NCBI GenBank assembly: GCA_012295275.1
Contig: CM022666.1
Coordinates: 11,904,001 to 11,968,000 of the forward strand
Direction of reading: 5' to 3'
Source: Chrysomallon squamiferum
Taxonomy: Eukaryota; Animalia; Mollusca
Length of the DNA stretch: 64,000 bases
The notes below the pieces were generated by a model. The model had not been told where the DNA came from and searched no databases. It saw nothing but the letters and a program-made list of their open reading frames with translations. This document shows, piece after piece, positions 54,816 to 64,000 of this stretch; within the stretch, counting starts at the first letter, position 1; every line of letters begins with the position of its first letter. Made by a program: the position numbers and the translations under genes.

Positions 54816-57800
54816 CTATCTTTTTGTGTTTGACATAACATGAAGTCCGCTGTTTAAGAAATATGCCTGGGGTTGTCTTTCTTCATATGTTGGGTTGTCA
54901 TACTCAGCTCTGCGTCTCTGACTCTCAGTGTCCCGCAGTTTTGAGAGTTTCTTAGTCCTACAGGATAAAACAGTTTTATATGTTCAATACTGATACAATA
55001 CAGTGATCAAAATAAAGTAGATAACGCTAGGCTATATCAGATGTAATATAAATTAAAATGGGCCTATCTTTTCTGAAATTATACATTTTATGAACAAAAA
55101 AAATTATTTTTAAAAAGTTACACTAATATAAATATTCATTTGAAACAATATCCTTTTTTGTAAAAAATTACCATTGATTTCTAAAATAATAATGACAGTA
55201 AATAAATGTAAAATATAAATTAAGAAGAAAACTTAAAAATTTACTAAAAGAAAGATAAAACCATAAATTTTATTGAAAGAGTAACAAAGAATTAAGAAAA
55301 ATATTACATTAAAATAAAACTGATAAAAGTTTCAGAATTTAATTTATTGTTTCTTGTTTATTTTTAGTTATTTTAGAGAAAAAAAGAAAAGAATAATAAT
55401 AAAAAAAAGTATGAAAACTTTTTGGGTTAAATACAATAAAGCCACCTAAGTTTTATGAATGAAAGTGATATAAAAATTATTGACCATCATATCCTACCTC
55501 ATGTTATAAACAATCTTCATAATGACACAGAAAATGACCAGTGTAATAACAGAAGTGACCACTCCAACAATCACAATAACTGTAGACCCCAAACCTTGTG
55601 AAGTTTTCCTTCTTTGAACTTCACAGTCATCACCTTCATTTTAAAAAAGAAAGAAATTTTAAGCAACTACAAAAATGCAAAAACTGAATGATGTAAATTA
55701 ACTGTGACTCTGTGTAGAGTGGATGAAACAGTTTAATGCAGTGAAGCAGTCTAATAATTAAAATTATCAGTATTTTAAAATTATAGCAATGCAATTTGAA
55801 AAAGATGAAAATGTATTCCTACATTCATAGTAAATAAGAATTTTTTTTTTACAATGTCTGAATTCAGTATAAACATTCTGACTATAGGTACAATTCTGAA
55901 TTCATTAAAAAAGAAATGAAAACACAATTCTGAAGTTAGTGTAAGTTTGAATTCAGTAAAAAAGAAATGAAAACAGTTCTGAAGTTAGTGTAAGTTTGAA
56001 TTCAGTAAAAAAGAAATGAAAACACAGTTCTGAAGTTAGTGTAAGTTTGAATTCAGCTGTAATACTTACTCTGGCTGTATGTCCATTCATATCGGTTGAT
56101 GTCTGGTTGACAGAAAAGACAACCATCTGCTGCTGAAAACTGCCCTGCAGCGTAACACTGGCTTTGAATTTGACAGTTGTTTGTCTGAAAGTAGTTAATT
56201 ACAGAATTATAAACTAAAAAAATTACAAAACTAGATCATCAGTGTATTTATCAGACTCATTTTATTAAAATAAATTTTTTTTTTTTTTTTTCTGGGCTTA
56301 TTTTTATTTTTGCTTTGCATATTTACAGAATGGTCCACTAAATTCTTTTAATATTTAAGAAATATTATTTAAAGATAAAAAATGAACTGATAAATTGGAA
56401 GTTGCACACAAGAAAGCTAGAAAGATTTATTTTTTCTTTCAATTATCAGCAAATAACTAAATAAATCTGCTAGTAATAACAACAAGAAATAGTGAAATTA
56501 AAGCAGTATGTTAAATATGTAAAGAAATATTTTTAAAAAATGGGCAGGATCTAACTGAAACCAGAAATTTAAGCAAACAATAGTATATGATAATCAGGAT
56601 TTTAATATATAAACATAAAATGAAGGTTTAATTCAGATGACTAGCAACAAAAAAACTGTATAAAATATTTTACAAGAAATTATGACAATGAGGAAAGTGA
56701 TATAAATAAATGCAGTATGAATGTTTATTGAAATTAGGAATCTAATGACAACATAATAAGATCTGAACACAATGTTTCAAAACACAATGTAACAAGGAAA
56801 CCAGAACTTGATCCAATGTTTCAGAAGATATTATGACAAGGAAGTCAGAACTATACACAATATTTCAGATGACATTACACAAGGAAATAAGAACTATACA
56901 CAAAGTTTCAGATGACAAGGAAATCAGAACTGTACACAATGTTTCAAAACACAATATGACAAGGAAATCAGATCTGGACACAATGTTTCAGAAGACAGCT
57001 GATATAAACAAACTCACCAGTTTCACACAAGTTGCTGCTGCAGAGTCACAATCCTGACAAACGGGATTAAAAGCAATGAAAAGTTTCCTGTTGCCAGGCA
57101 ATTTGCCATCATTGCTCACTGAGACCAGAGCAGCATGTTTGATTTTACCCACATGAGATATGGAACATCTGATCTGAGAATCTGTGATAAGGGTTGCCTG
57201 GGTAACAACAACTGTTTGGTCCATCTCTTGATAACCAGTCTCAGAAACCTGAAAATAAGATTGATTTAAATAACATTTCTAACTGAAAAACAGCTTTCAA
57301 TTTATACTGTAACATCAAGAACCTAACAAAACTAGATCACAGTAAGATATTTTCTATATTCAACTTCCTATAGACTAAAAAGGCTGGATGAAATGAAATC
57401 TTGCTCAAAAGAAGGCATGAAGAAAGATACAACACTCACATACACAAACTTTCAAATATGCACACAGTAACATACACAATATATATACATCAGTACAAAT
57501 GTATATATATATATATATTTATATATGTATATGTAGTGACAGTGTCTTACCTGAACCACTTGAACATGACACATGAGTAATTGTGACTCTACAAAGCCCT
57601 GACCATTGACAAAAATGTCAGAGCAGTTGAGAGCAGGCTGGAACTCACAGACGCCATCATTCTCCAGGTGTGTTATTGTAGGAGGCTGAAGGTCTGACCT
57701 TTTGATAGAGCAGTCTGAAGCAACATAGCCTGCATTGCACTGACACAGTCCTGAAAATAGTATTTATAATGTAGCCTGCATTACACTGACACAGTCCTGA

Positions 57801-60800
57801 AAATAGTATTTATAATGTAGCCTGCATTGCACTGACACAGTCCTGAAAATAGTATTTATAATGTAGCCTGCATTACACTGACACAGTCCTGAAAATAATA
57901 TTTATAATGTAGCCTGCATTGCACTGACACAGTCCTGAAAAATAGTATTTATAATGTAACCTGCATTACACTGACATAGTCCTGAAAATAATATTTATAA
58001 TGTAGCCTGCATTACACTGACACAGTCCTGAAAATAGTATTTATAATGTAGCCTGCATTACACTGACACAGTCCTGAAAATAGTATTTATAATGTAACCT
58101 GCATTACACTGACACAGTCCTGAAAATAATATTTATAATGTAACCTGCATTACACTGACACAGTCCTGAAAATAATATTTATAATGTAACCTGCATTACA
58201 CTGACAGAGTCCTGAAAATAATATTTATAATGTAACCTGCAGTACACTGACACAGTCCTGAAAATAGTATTTATAATGTAACCTGCATTGCACTGACAGT
58301 CCTGAAAATAATATTTATAATGTAACCTGCATTGCACTGACACAGTCCTGAAAATAATATTTATAATGTAACCTGCATTGCACTGACACAGTCCTGAAAA
58401 TAATATTTATAATGTAACCTGCAGAATATTGGTGTAGAATATTAAAATAAAATAACATTACTTTTATTTTGCCACTAATAATTTATATTAATATAAAAAG
58501 AAGAAAATAATATTTATTTTTGTTTATTTTATAAGAAACAATATATGACTATTTACATTCACAATAAAAACTGACATAATTCATCCAACAAAATAATTTT
58601 AATCGTTATTATAGTTTCAGCCTGTGACAGTTGAATGGTTTAAAATGAACTTCAATATTCTAGCTCTTTTGATAAGAATTAAAATATTTGAACAGCATAA
58701 TTATGTGTAATCTGCTGCTGATAAGACAGATAAATGGACTAACCTTGAACACACTGGCCATTCTTGCTACAGTCTGGTGGACTGCAAGACAAATCTTTCA
58801 CTTCGTCAGCTACAGATTTGGCCGTGGCGTTGTTCTGGAATGTGGGATCCTGTTCAATGTTTATGATACATTCCTCCAACAAGTCGTCTAAAGTCTCATT
58901 GAGAAACTCAGGTCCTCCAACAACCTGCATCAGGAAAACAAACATTTACATAGTTTGTGTGTTTGCATGTGTGTGTGTGTGTGTCATGTGTGTGTTTGCA
59001 TGTGTGTGTGTCTGTGTATTTGTGTGAGGGTGTGTAAAAGAGAGAGAGAGATTTATTGTTGTAAAAGCAAATCACTGCATACTCTGATGTCTTCCATGCA
59101 GTACTCTATGGACTTGGTGAGGTCTTGTACAGACCCTGTCACTTGCATTGCCATCCCACACTTCTGTGCCATTGTGGAATTCCCCACATACAGTTCACAC
59201 AAAGACCTGGCACTCTCCAAGGTGAACCCCTCTTTGGTGGGCCAGCCTGCCTTCTGTTTAGTGAACAAAAATATTTTATTATTATTACTTATTTACTGTT
59301 ATATGGATAAGATATATGTGTTGTACATTTCTTCAAAACTATAATTCTATGATTTTGTATATGCATTTTATAATGGATCAGATTATAGATTGCAACAGAC
59401 AAATAATTAATTAACAGCTTTGTAAATATGAGCAACTTTATTACTGTTTTAGCACTGATATTAAAATCTAAATGAGATCCTTTCAGGTTTAGAAAAATGT
59501 ATTTCTTTATCTTTCAGGTCTGCAATCAGTGATTAACATTAAAGTTTGAATATGTCTGACAGTTTTTCACACAGACTAAAACAAAATAATTATTTCTTCT
59601 TCAAGATACACCCCAGGACACACCTTAGTGTCAAAGAGATTTAACCAACAGTTTTTTATTTGAGATGCTAACACGTGGTATACGAAGGCTGAAGTCAAAG
59701 ACTACAAGGTGTGTATAGTGACTGTTCTCAGTTACCTTTGGTTTCTTGGTTTCGTCAACCAGTGGCTCATTATCTAATGGCACAGCTCTTCTGCGACGTC
59801 GCTGACTGATTGGCTCTGACATCAGACTCTTTGTAACCAGTTCATTAGTGATATCTTTAGAACCAGCTGTAAACATGAAATATTAACAATAAAACAGACT
59901 GAAAATATTTTATTTCCATAATGTATTTATAATGTAAACAACAGAATATGGGTATACAGTATAAATATATTAAAATGTTCACCACTGTACCTGTGTTCTG
60001 TTATATTTACACTGTCACAAACAATGGTATATTTATAATGTTACAAAGTCAGACATATAACACAATAAGATGTCTATAAAATAATGAAAATATAATATTT
60101 AAAATGTTTTTTAATTGCACTGTTTAATAAAAATAAATAAATAAACTGATTTTACATATACATAAAATTAACATTTACCTTTTACAAGTCCGCAGGTGGC
60201 TACTAGAGACATAACCCTGGCCCGTCCTTTGTTGTCACAGTAAGCTGACAGGACTTTGTCAGGTGAAGCTAATTTCACTCCATGACTGATGTCCTTCTCT
60301 GAATCTCGAATTATTCTAAATAATAATAATAATAATAACACCAACAACAACAGCATATACTTGATACTGAAAAATTAATTTTGTTTTATGAGGTTGTTTC
60401 ACTCACAGAAATTATAAACACTTTGGAAGTTAGATTAAATTATTGAACATTTTGTATGATATCTATCAAATATATACTTCTTACATTCATGAAGAGAGAG
60501 AGAGAATTTCAAGGTTTGATTTTTTTTTTAAATTCATACCTCCATGCTTCAGAGAAATCATCTGGAGTAAGAGCACCATCGTTCCTGTCAGCTGGCTTGA
60601 CGTTGTAGCGGTCACCATTTGGCAGACGGAAATCATTGTAAGTGTTCTTGTCAAAGACACCACACAGACCTGCAGTGAAAGTCAATATAATATTTTAATA
60701 ATAGTTAATTATCTCAGTCTAATATATATATATTACTGTACATCTATAACATGATCTGTTTAATTATATATTCCAATTTTTTGAAATGTGTAATATCTGA

Positions 60801-63800
60801 TTTTGAGGTTTATTTCTGATTTCATTATTTCACTATACTCTTTTCTGGTTATACTATTTTACTAATTAAGACTGAAGAATGAAATACAACTAAAAATAAC
60901 TTGGAGATAAACAGATTATATTTAGATTATTTAGTCTCATCACCAAAAGTACACATAAAGAAAGCAATGAACATATCTCTTTCTGCAGTACTCAGTGACT
61001 TCAAATAATGACTTCATCACCTTCTGTTAGTCCAATGTCTTTCACTGATGGCATGATCCACACATTCAGATACCTCGAACCAGACTTCAACCTTTACTAT
61101 AGCTCCAGTCCATAAAACAATCTGAAACAAAACACACTCGCTGTCATAACAACAAAAATCATTTGTTTATTATTTAATTTACTTATTACACTTAGCTACA
61201 AAAAAAGCACACTTATAACAATAATTATTTTTCTACTTATATTTTACATATTCTCCAATAAAATATCTCATTGTTATAACAATTGTGATTTCTTAATTTA
61301 TTTTAATTTTATTTATTTAAAAAAATAAAACACTGTAAGTTATAAAAATAATCTTCTTTTTTTAAATTTAATCATTTACAGAAATAAAATACACCTTTAC
61401 TTTATGACAAAATATAGTTTTAAATAAACAAAAACACTTTCATTTTATAATAATAATTAATTCATTTATTTATTTTTATTTTACTTACATACAGAGATAA
61501 TGCTGTTGTTTTTTTCTTTAATTTACTTTTTTTATTTTATGGATATATAAATGTTGTAACAATAATCTTTTAACTTTTATTTTATTTATTTTATTTTTTA
61601 TTTTTTATAATATTATACAGAAATACATTCCTTGTTAAAACAATAATAATCATTTTTAATTTATTTTTATTTTAATTATATACAGAAAAAAGACTCACTT
61701 TCACTGTAACAACAATAACCAATTCTTTATTTTTATTTTACTTATTCTTTAATTTATCTATTTACTTTTTTTTATTTATTTGTTTGTTTGTACATTGATA
61801 AAATATATTATTTGCTAACGTGATATGTTCTCTTGTCAGTTGAAGAGTAAATCTTCATTCCTGGAGTGAAGTCGTTGTGAAGGTGAATCTTAACATCCAG
61901 CAGAACTGGTTTGTTTTCACCGTTGCTGTTGGCTGCAGTCTTGCACCTGTTGAAGTCAATGACATCATTGTCTGCACGAACAAGAACTCGGCAGTTACAG
62001 GTTCCAGCCTCGGCACACTGCTGATAGGTCACATGTACCTGAATGAACGAACGAATGAACGAATGAACGAATAAATGAATGAATGAATGAATGAAGAAAG
62101 AAAGAAGAAATATGATGGTGACGATAATGATGATGATAATGTCAATTATAATAGTAATGACAAAAACAACAACAATAATAACAATAATAATAATATTGAG
62201 AATTAAAAAAAACCCCATTAATATTGATGCATATGAAATCCAATTTTCTGTACAACTGTCAGTGTGTCTGTGTGTCTGTTTGCAAAAGCTGTGATAATTC
62301 TACATACTCACTGCTGTATTATATTTCTTGTTGGTGTACAGGTTAAATGTTCCTTCCTTCATGTTGTTGAAAGTTCTTTAATATATAAAACATACACCTG
62401 TACAAACACAGTTATCAACATGTCATATCATATTCTAAAACAAACCAAAGTATGAATGAGTGAACAATGATTTATCAATGAATGATTGACTTAATTAATT
62501 AATGATGATTTATTAGTGATAAAAAATTATATATGGAAATACAAATGTATAATTAAAACACTTTTTTTGGAAAAGAAATACAAAGAAGAAAAGCAACTGT
62601 TTACAAGGATAATAAAGATTGAATATGACACAGATTATTTCCAGTATAATAGGTTTTCATTAATTCCTGAATTTAGTTGCATTAAAATAACTTTTTCTTA
62701 CTTGTAAGTATATTTGTAATATTATAAACTAAATATATTTATAAACATCCAGGATGCTGTTTTATTGTACTTGAGACAATACTTAGCTAATAATAAAGTA
62801 TGGTGACACAATAACAGGCTGAGGAAATTAAGAAGATTGCCTTTATCACATATGACAAGAAATTTACTTAGAAATGCAGAAATAACTGATAGACATAAAT
62901 AAAACAACTTTCTGAATGATTTACTCTTTTACAGAAAACAAAAATTAATAACAGTAATAGTTGTAGTAGCAGTAACAGCATCACAGGTGTATTAATAATA
63001 ATAATAGTAGAAGTAGTAGTAGTAGTAGTAGTAATTGTAATTGTAATAATGATGATGATGATGATGATGAAATTAATACTTACACGCCATCAAATGTTCT
63101 CACATGAGGGTCATTGATAGAGGAGCACAGTGAATTCTTGATATCCCGATCTACCACAATGATCTGCAAAGTGATATGTAACAGTTTTAGATGAGCCTAT
63201 CCAGACTGCACTGTGGTATAAACCATTATACTTCCTTTGTTCAAACACAGTTATTTATTACTGTTCTTCTTTCACTTTTATATTTACAGTATTTCACTAG
63301 GTATTTTTCATATATAATTATATTTGTTTGCTTGCTTTCTTTTGTTTCTTTTTTATTTTCTTTCATTCTTTCTTTCTTTCTTTCTTATTTATTTATTTAT
63401 TTATTTATCTATTTCATACCATTTATTAAATTATAAAAAGGTCAATTTAAACAAAATCTGAAATTTAGAAATAGATTTTATTTTTTTTTATTTTTTTATT
63501 TATTATTACTGATTTTATTTTTTATTTGGAAAAAAAGTATCAGTTGTCTAATTACATAAAATTAAATTTAAATTAATTTATACATGTATTCTGTGTTGGT
63601 TTCACTACAAACAAGCTCTGTATTTACTGTCTGTCTTCAAGGATTTCACTAAAGAGAAACAGTTGCATATAAATATTGATTCAGCCCTCATCAATGCTTA
63701 TTCTATCAATGCTTTGTCTATCAATGCTTTGTCTATCAATGCTTTGTCTATCAATGCTTTGTCTATCAATGCTTTGTCTGTTACCTTGTATGTGGCAAGA

Positions 63801-64000
63801 GTCACTTTCCCTGCAGAAGCCATCTGACCCTCTCGTTCAATGAACTTTTCTGCCTTGATGTGAAGAGTGACTTCCTGCTCTCCGTCCTGTCTGCCGTCCA
63901 GGCGTGCGTGCAGTGGAAGATCAATGGTGTACGGCAGCCAGTCAGACCCGGCTTTGTCTGTGATGACAATCTCACACTCAGATGTGACAACTTGAGTGAT
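54816..64000 (-). CDS. VWDE: von Willebrand factor D and EGF domain-containing (VWDE-like) type I membrane protein, 3' part (5' end outside window); apparent 1-nt frameshift in one exon
   Basis: Minus-strand exons: 64000-63785; 63163-63084 (CSSINDPHVRTFDG, VWD start); 62375-62312; 62038-61820 (CNCRVLVRADNDVI); 61121-61021 (frameshifted); 60669-60540 (GLCGVFDKNTYNDF..FSEAWR); 60315-60179; 59866-59736 (RRRRR); 59253-59083 (WPT..C..CMEDI); 58924-58744 plus 57750-57551 (EGF CSKNGQCVQGLCQCNAGYVASDC); 57248-57018 (VSVSNDG); 56184-56070; 55633-55498 (TM); 54957-54816 (YDNPTY, stop). All junctions are GT-AG and in phase except across 61121-61021. Symbol means -like. Confidence 0.85.
55895..56056. repeat. 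~52-bp tandem repeat, ~3 copies, next to a VWDE-like donor site
   Basis: ttctgaagttagtgtaagtttgaattcagtaaaaaagaaatgaaaacacag is repeated. Confidence 0.8.
56745..56995. repeat. Degenerate ~40-bp minisatellite, intronic
   Basis: Recurrent acaaggaaatcagaactgtacacaatgtttca(g/a)a units. Confidence 0.7.
57726..58423. repeat. 46-bp minisatellite (~15 copies) made from the intron/exon junction of the VWDE-like EGF exon
   Basis: Minus-strand unit is cattataaatactattttcag|gactgtgtcagtgcaatgcaggcta (or ...gcaggtta). The last unit continues into the real exon 57750-57551. Confidence 0.95.
63690..63780. repeat. 15-bp tandem repeat, ~6 copies, abutting a VWDE-like donor
   Basis: tcaatgctttgtcta is repeated up to the donor at 63784. 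Confidence 0.88.

Noticed and set aside
62376-62400. Stronger-looking CAG acceptor at ~62398 for the VWDE-like exon
   Set aside because: It leads to an in-frame stop. The AAG acceptor at 62376 keeps the frame (TFNNMKEGTFNLY).

Overview
AT-rich, microsatellite-rich metazoan genomic DNA with spliceosomal introns. It is probably a lophotrochozoan/mollusc, an inference from gene content and composition only. Manual splicing supports five protein-coding genes. (1) A 7-exon Ig-Ig-TM-TIR receptor with interleukin-1-receptor-like architecture and a degenerate TIR BB-loop (+, ~7.7-12.6 kb). (2) A 7-exon ENPP6-like nucleotide pyrophosphatase/phosphodiesterase with no membrane anchor (+, 15.7-20.7 kb). 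(3) The terminal exon of a 16-Cys protein with two knottin-like modules and a GPI-type tail (-, 23.5-23.9 kb). (4) A single-coding-exon LRR transmembrane protein, tartan/capricious-like (-, 43.3-44.9 kb). (5) The 3' 15 exons of a VWDE-like (VWD-EGF) protein carrying a TM helix and a YDNPTY tail, with an apparent 1-nt frameshift (-, 54.8-64 kb; truncated by the window). The window also holds a Tigger/pogo transposon relic, a ~1.2 kb local duplication and several minisatellites. Two minisatellites are tied to splice architecture: a 46-bp array repeating an exon acceptor ~15 times (potential 21-nt in-frame microexons), and two homologous 38-bp arrays sandwiching the last TIR exon. Some repeat regions show mosaic patches that may be assembly artefacts. 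All exon boundaries and family calls were made by eye; no database searches were run.
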